Assembly (NCBI GenBank): GCA_977030845.1
Contig: OZ365114.1
Location: 25,172,001 to 25,236,000, forward strand
Reading direction: 5' to 3'
From: Fimbriosthenelais zetlandica
Taxonomy: Eukaryota
Length of the DNA stretch: 64,000 nt
Below, piece after piece: positions 26,401 to 37,902 of the stretch (positions are counted from its first letter, which is position 1; every line of letters begins with the position of its first letter). The notes beneath the pieces were generated by a model that was given only the letters and a program-made list of their open reading frames with translations, was not told where the DNA came from and searched no databases. A program made the position numbers and the translations under genes.

Positions 26401-29400
26401 GAGTATGCAGTTTTTGTTTTCATTCTAGCTTCATAACTAAGCAAAGAATACTATCAGAATGGATACCATTAGAAAGCCTAGGATCTCTACCAGGTCTACC
26501 AGAAATATGGATTTATTGAAGCTTCTAATGAGAGAATCACAGTGTTGTAAGGAAAGGGCGTTCAAGATAAGCTATCATCTCCAAATTGCACATTAAATTT
26601 GACACGATAAAAAATTATTTCACTCATAAAGAAAACTTATTTTTTCTATTAGCATTCCTCAGTATACATGTTTTCTCCATGAATGCGAAATAAATTCACG
26701 AAAATATGCCTTTTGAATATATGTAAGAGGTGAAAAACAAAACGAAGGCAGAGTGCATACTCACGGTGATGCATGATATTCACTGAAAACTTCAAGTGGA
26801 CGTTGTAGGCCGAGTTTTAGAGATTAGTGTTCCCAACTTTCAGAAATAATACTTGAAGATGTCTTCTTTCTTACAACTAAAGGATTAATAGTTAGGACAA
26901 TTTTTAAATCGGACTTATTTTTTCTCCCAAAGCGGACAGTTCATGAGAATCCACCTTATATTCATTTTGTTGGCAGCATGCACTTAAAAACCGTGTCTCA
27001 AAAAGTGAAAGCTTTATGCTAGCGAATGAAAATGGCTTTCTGCGGCGTGAGAATGGCTTTCTGCGACGTGATTTTGAAGCATTGGCACTTCCTGGTGCGT
27101 CATGTCATAATGACGTCGCACAATGTCGTTGTTTTCTGCCGTGAAAAGCCGAGTTGATGAACAGACGGGGTGCAGTAATTAGTCAATGTGCATGGATCGC
27201 TTGTTGATAACCATATTAGGCGGCGTCTATCTTTGATGAATCAGCTCGAGGAGAGCAGAGTTGGCCAGAGCTTGTCTTGCCCTCAGACAAAACAGGTAAT
27301 TCACTTAGCGACACCCATCTGTTGTCTGGCAGCATACACAATGAGAAATGTTCTTGTCATAAGAGCATTCAACTACAATCCCAGCTTACTGCTTCATGGA
27401 TTGAACAAAAATCAGGCCCGGATCTGAGGGTATGAAAACGTCCATCATGGATATCAGGGTTGCAATTTTAACATTAAGAGGACTGACTTCTCCCTTCTGC
27501 ACGTTCCCACCTCAAAGATTAATTGGGAAATGGCATGTTGTCCACCAAATACATTTGGTTTCCAATCAAGGATTATAAAGCTGTTCTTTCCTGTCTGCAA
27601 ACTGTCCACATTTTTCATGAATATTCGTACGTTCTAAGGGCTACGATATAATGACGAAACTGTCTACGATGTATCATTTTTAATGACATCTGCATGTGGG
27701 GAAATCAAGTACCCAGTATTAATTCGAGATAAAAGCACAATTGTATAATTATACGTTAAATGTGTTGGGCTCCCTTGGGGCGTAAACATGGTCAGAGCTA
27801 ACAGACTGTTGTGAATCCACACGTAAAGTTTTATAACTATTATTCCAGTGACAGACCATGAATGAAATGAAGCGTCAAGGCTTCACTTTTTGGCAAATGA
27901 GCAAACTCAATGTGATTGATTGCCAGTATGATTAATATTACAAACCATGAACTCAGGCGATGGGCTTAGCTGAGTTTTATGACAATGAAGGAAAATGGAG
28001 TGCAACAGAATGAGCCCAGAGGCCGGTGTCTAAAAGTGATGTCTATTAATACCACATCGCAACTTTTGTATCTCCTTAAGAATTATATGCAAATGTGAGG
28101 TACTTTGAATTCATAATCATAATCATGCGTACATGATGTATCCGGCAAGAGATTTATAATACTTTTTTATCGTAACTCAATGTCTATCATATATTTATGA
28201 AATAACCCAGATATATTTGATTTTTACGCAACAATATCATACATTTTTTATGAAAACCAACCGGCAGGGATGGGACTATGTCATGCAAAGTACAATCCAT
28301 CTAACCTGTAAAGGGCGCATTCATCACCCACCATGGCAGATCATGCTGGCCACTCTGTGTAAATAATGAAAAATCATCACACCCCCTGAGAGACAGAAAA
28401 CGGGAGAGCAGAGCTTATTAATTCATGAAATGGTGTCTTTCTAAAATGTAATAATCGATATTGACGTGCAAAACTTAAATCTGAACTTCTTAATGTTATT
28501 GAATTTCCTCTCTGTTTTTAAATGCAATCGTAAGTTTTAGTGCTATTTATGATTCCCCCTGTGATATTGAACATATCCCCCAGCTGCTATCTATACCGAG
28601 GGATAATGCATTAATACCAGCAGTGAATCAGATAAAAGGTATAGAAGCATACTTTTACCTCAGCACTGTGAGATCAATAAGCCCATCCCATGCCCTGCCT
28701 GCATCTTGTCTTGGGTTCCAACTGGGCTTCCATTGGATCTCCCACATAGTTCCTAAAACCAATAATGTTTTGGGGGTTATTTAAGACCATGAGTTAAGCA
28801 TTTCTAATTGGACAATAATGGGATTAGTGAATCGAAGTGACTGTTGTTTTTCACTATTCATTTTTCTCTAAGTCCCAGTCAACCTTTTACCTAAGTGCAG
28901 GCTCAGCTGTACAGGTCGGCCGGGTTTTTTTTCTTTTCCCAGTGATAGATGAATACTCCTTTGGTGAAACTATTATTATGGATTCTCTTTTACTGCAACG
29001 ATGGAGTCAATTCCCTTTCTTTTATTATGATCTAAGATAGGGAGTTCCATATTGCAATGTTACCAATTTCCTGTCAGCAGCCTCCAGAGGAAACGTATGA
29101 AATGTACCATTGTTGTATATATGGCAAATGCCTTCATAATCATCCATTTTCATTTTGCCCTTTGAGCTTCGGTATAAGGCATAAGCTCATTATTGTTGCT
29201 TCGGGCAACCTTCTCGTTGCAGGAACGAATTCTGCATCGAAAATGTACATAATGGAATAATGGAAGCACAGTTTGTGCCTCCCTAAGGGCAATCTGCCTC
29301 AACTATGGCATATGTTTTTGTTTCCTTAATATAATCAATTGCCTTTTTCTTTGCCTTCTCATAGCTTTAATTTTCTTTGCTTCTTCTTTCTCTAGGTGTT

Positions 29401-29625
29401 TTGCTGATTGCGGTGGTGGTTTTATGGGTAAGCACACACGCTGACCTGCCCCAACTTTCCATCTCCTGGGCCACTTATTTGACAGCAGCTGTGAGTGTCC
29501 TTCACCTTGTGACCTCTACTTTAGCCATAGCTGACCTTGTGTGGACTAGCCGGAGGGGGGCTCCACAATACCGTGTAGAACAGCCTCCACCAGAAGCTGA
29601 GGAGGAAGTGGATGAGTTGCTATAG
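20419..29625 (+). CDS. PMP22/claudin-superfamily four-transmembrane protein, 185 aa
   Basis: Exons 20419-20596, 23540-23689 and 29396-29625, all GT-AG with consistent phases (1,1); 558 nt in total. Four hydrophobic helices, a W...GLW motif after TM1, SW before TM4, and an acidic C-tail ending EEEVDELL. Confidence 0.85.
21285..21306. repeat. (CAT)n microsatellite
   Basis: catcatcatcatcaccatcat. Confidence 0.7.
22486..22567. repeat. 20-bp minisatellite, 4 copies
   Basis: Unit ATTGTTTTTTYAATATAGGC repeated head to tail four times. Confidence 0.95.
23822..26956. mobile_element. Non-autonomous TIR DNA transposon (~3.1 kb), possibly Kolobok-like
   Basis: 25-bp terminal inverted repeats at 23822-23846 (GGGTGAATTCTCATGAACTGTCCGC) and 26932-26956, 23/25 identical; flanked by TTTA and TATA; no transposase ORF; 12 internal copies of the 18-bp motif GCRTCACCGTGAGTATGC in both orientations. 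The superfamily is inferred only from the RR..YY termini and TWTA flanks. Confidence 0.75.
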
Positions 29626-30946
29626 CAACATATGGAAGTATTAGTTTAATATCGCTCAGTGGTGCCAATGGATTGCTGTAAATATATTGCTTCCTCTCAT
29701 ATCTGTTGCTTTTTCTATATTGTCTATACACAAGGAGTGGAGTGAAGCATGAAGTATTTCCTGCTTTGAGTCCACTAGCTCACTGGCATGGATTATCTTT
29801 ATACATCAGGGATTGACAATCGAGTATGGACCATATATATCATCATTCATACAGACTGACAAGTGTTCACAAAGATAATGGTTGATTACACAGCCTGATC
29901 CTATACGAATTCTAATGCCATGAGCGTTACATGTGCTCAGCTAACTATACCAGGAAATCTCTCACGCAAATCCTGTGTGATTAACGAGGTAGGATGGATC
30001 ATGAAAAGTAAATCTCGCCTGTTATCAAGATGACAGAGGTTGTGTAGAGACTTAACTAGCTTCATTACCGCGGTGTATATAGCTTGGTTTTGTCAATAAA
30101 TCTACAGGTAATACCATCGCCTATTTCCGTAAGCTTGAATGGGATGCTATTGGAATGCATCTTCTGGCTGAATAGATGCTCTAGATTGGCTGCTAGTTTC
30201 CTTGATATGGATATGACCCCAGTTGTCGACACAAAGACATCGCTAAATGATCGTACACGCTTACTCTCCATTATATACCATATTGGCTTCCATTGTTACT
30301 AAATTTGGAAGATGCCAATGATATGTCTGCCATGGGGGAGATAGATCTCATTTGTTTTTTAATATTTCTCTATGAAAGCAATGATATAGGTAATGAATCA
30401 CAATCATGATCTCTCATGTAGTTATATAGGCTCAACGGTCTATAGCGCAATGTATAAACCTACACATATAATATGTACCATAGTTAAAACAAGCACAATG
30501 AACGTATTGTTCAAAGGGCCAATGATTATTTATTTTTAATTAAAATTATAATTCCAAAACAATTGAAAATCGCCTGTACTAACTGGGACTGCATAAAGGC
30601 CTACAGGCATTACATACAGGCATTATAATGACTGCTTTAGGCCTATAGGTTATCTATACTGGGGATGGAAATGATTAGTGGCAGCCTTCTTATGAGGTAA
30701 GATCTTCACTTAATGTTGTACGAACCTGTAAAATATGCTTGTAATATATAAAAGTGTAACATCATTTAGGCGACATATCATCCATTTCAAACGATACAGG
30801 CCTATAAGTCTCCACAAGTAAAAATGAACTATAACTGGTAGTGCTGCCACCTGATGAGTTACAAGGGACTAGGGAGCACCATCAGCACATTACCCATAAT
30901 ACCCTACTGCATCCAGTGAAGGCCAACATACTACCATGATGCTACC

Positions 30947-32660
30947 ATGGACCAGCAACCATCCAGTCAGTTCTGCTATGAAGCATGTATCATACAAGAA
31001 GGATACTGTACACCCCAAGATGACGGTAAGAAGGTTTATGATGTAGAGTAAGTATACAGTAAACCAGTATTATCAATTTAAGGTCCACACTGACGATTTA
31101 TATGCAATGAAGTTGTACGGCTTTATTTTATTAGGGTTAACCCTAGGTTTGTTAACCCTAACCTGAAGGTAAACACTAACGCTAGGAACGCTAACTTATA
31201 CCCGCCCCCACCCCACGTTTGAAAAAGAAACCTGGAGCCTCCCCTAAAGGTTCAATACGTAAGTAGGTCTTAAAGCCGGGATTTAATTTTTTGGAATAAT
31301 ATGACCGAGATAGTTTTGACCTATATTATAATATTAAATAGGCCTCTATGCATGGTTCTCATTATGAAGGTTTCTGACATGTATAAAAAAACTCCTATTA
31401 ATAATGAAGATAATGCATTTTACTCATGCTAATTCTTTGTAATGAGTTTGTAATGTAAGCCTATTCTATCTTGTACAGAAGTAGAAAGGGGTAGAAACAG
31501 GCTTGGAAGAAAAGTAGAGTCTAAATGTTAATTGGAGCAATAAATTGGGCGAATTAGCCTCAAAGGTATGTTTCGCCCACCTGTACTTTTAATGAACCCA
31601 CGTTCTCTTCCACATAACAGGTTCCTTCTTGGCTGACTGCAGTATCACACTTTTGAAGGGGAGAAATAATACTCACAACATATTAGTGGACACTGGTGGA
31701 CCTAAGGATTCCCAATTGATCACAGAAGGTTCGTAACTCCATTTGTAATGCATTTTTGACCAGCAAGCAGGAATGAACTGCAAACTTCCATTCAATGTTA
31801 CACGTAGACTGATGTTCTCCTGTGGCTGTACAGTTTTGTTATGGCAGTGATTGCTTTTTCACAGGTCTTCACAAACTTGGCTTGAAGCCAGAAAATATAA
31901 CCCACGTGATTGGTACTCATGGTCACTCTGACCACATAGGGAACCTGAATCTCTTCCCTCACGCCTTGGTCATTGTTTCACACGATATCTCACGGGGCAA
32001 TGTGTACTTTGATCATAACTTCAAGGAGGTATGCGTCACAGTTTTATAATTCAGATTCAGACATTTCTTGATATTGTAAACAAAGAAATCGCATAGATCT
32101 ATATCGGGACCTCATAATCCTTTTGCTATTTCAGGGACCTTATAAACTTGATGACGGAGTGGAAGTTTTCTCCACGCCTGGACACACAGGCAGTGATGTT
32201 AGTGTATTAGTAGCAGAGTCAAACTATGGCAGGCTCGTAGTCGCAGGTTAGCTCTCCATAATAATTGCCTAAGCATAATTTCTATTCAAATGAAATTTCA
32301 GTGCAGGAATATTAGATCAATGCCTACCTAAAAATAACTTTATTTTATAGAAAGCTGGGGGTCCCCTACTATGGAGACAACTTAGCTGTCTCATGTCTTG
32401 CATTATTAATTGGAGATTATAAAATACATTGGACTTTTTATGTTTCAGGCGATCTGTTTGAAAGTGAAGGTGACTTGGAGAATGCCTCTCTGTGGCGGGA
32501 TGTGAGTGAAAACCCGATCATACAGGCTGAGAACAGATGTAAGGTGATTGATATGTGTGACTATATCATCCCTGGTCATGGCAAGGGTTTCACTCTCACT
32601 GATCGACATCGACAACTCTGCCATCAGCAAAAGATAGACATAACTCAGGGCAAATCCTAA
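30947..32660 (+). CDS. MBLAC1: Metallo-beta-lactamase domain-containing protein 1, 224 aa
   Basis: Exons 30947-31025, 31621-31728, 31865-32028, 32135-32246 and 32449-32660 (675 nt; phases 1,1,0,1). Motifs [20 protein letters not shown] (HxHxDH), TPGHT, AGDLFE and IIPGHG; AATAAA at 32681. Confidence 0.95.
31132..31190. repeat. Telomere-like palindrome and CCCTAA-like repeats in MBLAC1 intron 1
   Basis: Perfect palindrome TAGGGTTAACCCTA at 31132-31145, followed by TAACCCTAACC and CTAAC units. Confidence 0.5.
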
Positions 32661-34199
32661 TTCTTCAATCACTAAGTTCTAATAAAATGAGCACTGTTCA
32701 ATTAGGGTACCATTGTCGAGTTAATACCGTTGGATATTACATACTGACATTCCTGTATATCGTTGTGTATATCGTATTTATATAAAATAAAAAAAATAAC
32801 AAAGATAAACACTCAACTCGAAAACTTTTTGCGTATTGATAATATATAATTACCCAACTTCGTAGCAAGAATATGAATGAACCAACGATAGATAATAAAC
32901 GTTTCTGATGTCATGCTTGATTTCATTCTGGCCCAGATAATGACCTGAACATTGGGTTCAGTTTCAGCTGGGTGACTTTAATATTCACAGGATATTAAAC
33001 AACTGGGCTTGGATTTGGACCATATCCGTTTTTTACTCACCCTTGTGAAATATTCATGGTAAGGCAGTTGTGCGTGACGAACACACTTGGTATTAAAGAG
33101 GTCGAGTTTCGGTGTCTGAGGTCTGGGAAGTCTCTGATCGTCAGTAGTATCAACAGGAACATGCTCATATTATATACAAAGTCAGTATCGTGCGGGTTGT
33201 AAATACACTACAAGGTTCAACTTATCAGTACTTATCTATATTAAGTTCGTCACAAGAAGACTCCTGCCATTAGTTCCCCATCCACTCATCTTCCTGGTCA
33301 GAGGTAAAGTAAATTCACCTTTAAATATCACTATTAAATTACCTATCATTTACAAGTGTAATCTATGGGAGCATGTTAGATCACTAAGGCTAGAAGTTGA
33401 TATTATGGGTCTGGACCTGCAGTAACGTCTAAAACTAGGTAAGTAGGCCATCAACTTTTTATCTCGCCTTTTCTGTGATGTTCTTTGAGTGCATGTATTA
33501 TGGTTCAGTCAGTATGTTATATATGGACCATGCAGACAACCCTTCCTTTGATATGGTTCAAGTGATAGAGCATATACTGTGGCGACATCTTCATCTCGAG
33601 ACATATACTAAAAACAATACATATTACAATGGCCAAAGCCTTCTGAAGAAATATCTCCGGATTTTTAAAGGATCTTTAAACACATTATTCTTTGGCACCA
33701 TTAACTTCTAACCACTTGTGATATAGGACGCCTAAGCATAGGGAGTGGTCAAGATGATCAACGTCATAAAAGCATGTGACCATGACGTTTACAATTATGC
33801 AAATATAGCATATAAGAACATTCACATGCCAGTCTACATGCAGATACCAAGTATAGATTCAATCCTCTAATATGCAAGGATATTCATTAACAGGATATAT
33901 ATCTTTGACAAGTAGTGACCTTTATTTTTGAGAACACAGGTATAGAATTGTATAGTTTGTTTCTTGTGAATAGCTAGCTCAGCATGTTTCCATTCACCAT
34001 CCTTTATCAGGTAGGACTTCTTAAATTATCGACTCAGATGTTAAAGACTGACATCTCTGACATATTCTTCTTGTTCATGTATATTCTGTCAATGGTAACA
34101 TTATATTATAAATTCAATGCTTCCAAATCACTGATTATTTTCACTTTATCCTATTTAAATAGCTTCGGGGAATCTGTGTTGAAAACCTGAGTGGTGAGC

Positions 34200-37100
34200 A
34201 TGGACTCTTCTGATGAGGACTCGAATATACCAACCAACATGTTTGTCGACGTAGACCAATCAATGGTTGTGGGCAGGCATGGTTACCTTGAAATCATAGA
34301 GAGGCGGCTCAATAATGAAAAGTAAATTTATCTTATCTTTTATTTGATTGATGTTTTATGTCGCAGCAAAGGCCACGGTCAATAATGACACGTTACTCAG
34401 TGGCTTCCCACTCCAAAAACTTGCGACCTTGTGATGATACAACAACGTGTTGCCGCGGTCACTGGCCAACCGCACACAGAAGAAAATGCTCTGTAGCGTA
34501 TATATTTTGTACTGCATGTCATTTCTTTTCTTGAAAATGTGAATGAAAGATGTATAAGAATACAGACGAATACTTTGTTTTACATCATGTTTTCAGGATA
34601 ATTGCCATTTCTGGTATGGGAGGTGTGGGTAAGACGACATTGACCTGCCTCTATGGCTATGGCAACATGCAGAAATATAAAGATGGTGTCTTCTTCGTTG
34701 ATGCTAGTAACATTGATATGTTACCACTGAACTTTGCTGATCTAGGTTAGTTACATATCCTAATAGAACGGAATAAACATGGTCTTGTTGCAAAACAAAA
34801 CGCGGCAGTAAACCTAATGTGGTCTATCCTTCAAATATGTGACAGTAGACCATGTAATCAGTCATATTTTCCTTCATTTCCTTTCCTTGGTTCCTTTGAA
34901 GACATCAATACGTCTTATGTTAATACCATTGCTCTTCCTGCAGCTGGTCCATCGGTCATGGACCTGATACCAAGGCCAGAGCAGGACATAACAAGCAGCA
35001 TTAAGGCGGCTTCCAACTTCTTAGAGCGTCACTCTGACTATCTGCTAATCTACGATGCTGCTGATGATGTTAGCATCCTTGAGGAGCTAGGTAAACAGCG
35101 GCCTTCAGGTGCCCGCTACATACCACCCAAAATCAAACTGAAAGGTCATGTCATTATCACCTCACGATGCCCTAAGGAAAAATTCGATCTTGTACAAATC
35201 CTCGACCCGATCCATCTAGATGATTTGTCCTCGGAGGATGCACAGGTCTTCCTCTGGAGAAGAGTCTATGGTGATGAATGTCAGAATCTGGAAGAGAGGA
35301 AACAGCTGAAGACTTTGTCAGATCAGTATCTTCGCTCTCATCTTCCACTCTTCCTGGAACAGACAGCTTCGTATATCAGAGGAGAGAACATGACGTTTAA
35401 GGAGTATATCAGAGAGATACAACACAAACAAAAAGTTCCAGTTGGGGCCGCAAGCTACGGAGATAATCGATTTGGCATCGACGAACGCTACATCCCAACG
35501 TTTGACGGCATTGAGAAAAGTTGCAAAGAGGCTGGTGTTCTGCTCAATTATGCTGCACTCTGTCATTCAAGAGACATTCCCATGTTCCTCTTCTCAACAC
35601 TTGCTTACGCTGTCAATGTCCATATGGAAGGCTCTGACGTAGATGAGAATTCAAGAGCACTTGCTGACTTCATTCTTGAGAAAATGAAAGAAGAAGGTTT
35701 CCAGGTAGAGGCGGATTTTGACTTCTCCCAAATCAATAAAACAGGAGAGAATGGAGTAAAGAAACTTCTAGCCTTTCCTCGCAACACACAACTTGTTAAC
35801 TACAAGAGGGGAGGTCACAAGTTCACTATACATGCCATCATCCAAGACCAACTGTGTGTCAGGATGGAAGAAACTGAAAAGATATCGACAGTGCATACTC
35901 TTGCAAGTCTCTTCCTGTATGTCCTCTCTTCGAACCATATTCCACCAGGCACCAAGAGAATGTTCCTGGCTCATGCAGACAGTTGTGCAGGCCACATCCG
36001 AGGCATGGACTCGGCGAAGACTGAAGCCCTTGTCCTGAAACTACGTATAAAAACGGCATATATCTTTGCAACACTTGATTCAAAGGACGTAGCATGGAGA
36101 ATCCTGAGTGATGTTGAGGAGAAGTTATCAAGATTAGATGCGGTTGATATCAGAAAAGAGCTCATTGCTGTGAAGGCAAATCATCTCATCTGGCAACACA
36201 AAGCTACAGACGCCCTTAGAATTGCAGATGAAGGGTTAAAGCTTTTCGAATATGGGAATACTTTAGACATGGCTGATCTGGATGCTACGAGACAGTACGC
36301 TTTGCTCTCCAAGTCTTCCGCCCATGCACTCATTATACTCAATGAGCCTGATTCGAATAAGATACAGAAGCACATCTCTGAGGCGAAGAGGGCATATGAG
36401 CATATCATTGGTGAGTTACCTAATTGATGGAGCAGGTTCCATAATATAGTTTCCACGTTGTATCATTTAATTATTAGAACTTTATATTTTAATTTATTTT
36501 TCGGTTAATAGAAAGAGACAGGCATCGTGTTTTAATGGAGTATGCAACGTTGCTTATGCTGCATGGCCAGATGCATCGAAACATTGCCTATCAAAACCAA
36601 GAGAACCAAGACTTGCAAGAAGAGGAATTGACCAAGGCAAGCAAATACTTGAAAGAAGCCTACGATCTCATGGACAAAAGCCACTTTATAAGTGATCTTT
36701 GCAGGGTGAACATATTTAGTTGTTTTTTTCAATATTTGGTCAGCTCATTTGTTCGGCATTTGCAGTATATCACTTCTCTTTCCGAAGGTGTACTGCATTA
36801 ACAAAAGTTTCTGGACTAATGCAATGAATTTCATTCTTTACATTCAACAGGTCCACCTCCACATGGCTGATGTAAAGCTAGGGAAGATCTCCCGAGCTGA
36901 GGCCATTACTAATGTTGGTGAGAGCCATACGGATTTGGTGGAAAAACTAGGGTACAATCATCGCTACTCAGCCTGGATTTTAGAAAAGATGGGTCAGCTC
37001 ATGGCAGAGGAGAAGAAGCATGATGAGGCTCTGGATTTGATGAGAAAGAGCCTTGTCATACTCAAAGAGGCTTATGGACAAGACGGTGGCAGTGTACAGA

Positions 37101-37395
37101 TTGGTGGAACAATGCTGCAAGAAGGTAAGAACTTGGTTGATGAAATTACACATTAACTGGGATGACTTTGACGAGATGGATATCAAGTTATAACAAGTAT
37201 GGTGAGATTTTCATTTATCATTTTCATTTCTGTACAGGAAAGTCGTTGCTTGCATTAGGACGGACGGAAGAGGCTCTGAAAATCTTTCTTGAAGCAGAGA
37301 AGTATTTGATTCTAACCCCACAACATGGAGCCTACAAAGAATTGTGTGGTGTAATGGAGAAAACACATGAAATCCTTGAATACGAAACTGTGTGA
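34200..37395 (+). CDS. NB-ARC (STAND) NTPase - TPR protein, copy 1, 787 aa
   Basis: Exons 34200-34321, 34597-34745, 34944-36410, 36512-36705, 36851-37124 and 37238-37395 (2364 nt; phases 2,1,1,0,1; all GT-AG). VVGR, Walker A GMGGVGKT, Walker B LLIYDAADD, sensor-1 HVIITSR, LPLFLEQTASYI, MHD-like IHAIIQ, and a helical TPR-like C-terminal half. Confidence 0.92.
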
Positions 37396-37707
37396 ACAGA
37401 GCATCAGCCATAACAGAATCATAAAGATTTGCCTTTTATTATATTGATGATCTTCTAAGCTCCATCGCCAATGATTCAGGAATAAAGTGACTATTTTCAT
37501 TGTGCATGATAGTAGACTATAATTATTTAATAATCAATAAGTAATGTGAAAAAATAATCAATGAACAACATAGTGTGTCTGTCATAGGCACAGTTATTGC
37601 ACTGTCCGGTCCCTGGTTTTGGTCGTTTTACATGAAATAGGGAGAGGAATGATTGACAATAATAGAGAAGACTTTGTGACAACCGTATAATGTTGAGGCT
37701 TCACTTA

Positions 37708-37902
37708 ACGTGATTGGTACTCATGGTCACTCTGACCATATAGGAAACTTAAATCTCTTCCCTCACGCCTTGGTAATCGTTTCACGATATCCCAAGGGGC
37801 AATTTTTACTTTGATCATAAGTTCAAGGAGGTATAATATCAGAGTTTTCAGAATTCATGATTATTCACAGAATGCTTCTCTGTGGCGGGATTTGAGTGAA
37901 AA
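37708..37902 (+). pseudogene. Fragmentary MBLAC1 pseudogene
   Basis: 37708-37830 copies the 3' part of exon 3 ([25 protein letters not shown], then a 2-nt deletion and frameshift) with its donor; 37869-37902 copies part of exon 5; exon 4 is absent. Confidence 0.9.

Noticed and set aside
24193-26772. 18-bp repeats as a CRISPR array or prokaryotic iteron cluster
   Set aside because: Irregular spacing, both orientations, eukaryotic intron context, and enclosure by TIRs.
29078-29222. Apparent TM2-TM3 exon of the tetraspan gene
   Set aside because: It needs frameshifts and a GA donor; a clean canonical exon exists at 23540-23689.
32449-34200. MBLAC1-STAND read-through fusion protein
   Set aside because: An in-frame TGA at 34188-34190 blocks fusion through STAND exon 1, and the only phase-compatible junction (MBLAC1 phase-1 donors to STAND exon 3) would skip Walker A.
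34817-34943. First 42 codons of the 536-aa ORF
   Set aside because: Intron 2 sequence; the true exon begins at the acceptor before 34944, and the equivalent region in copy 2 is not part of its ORF.
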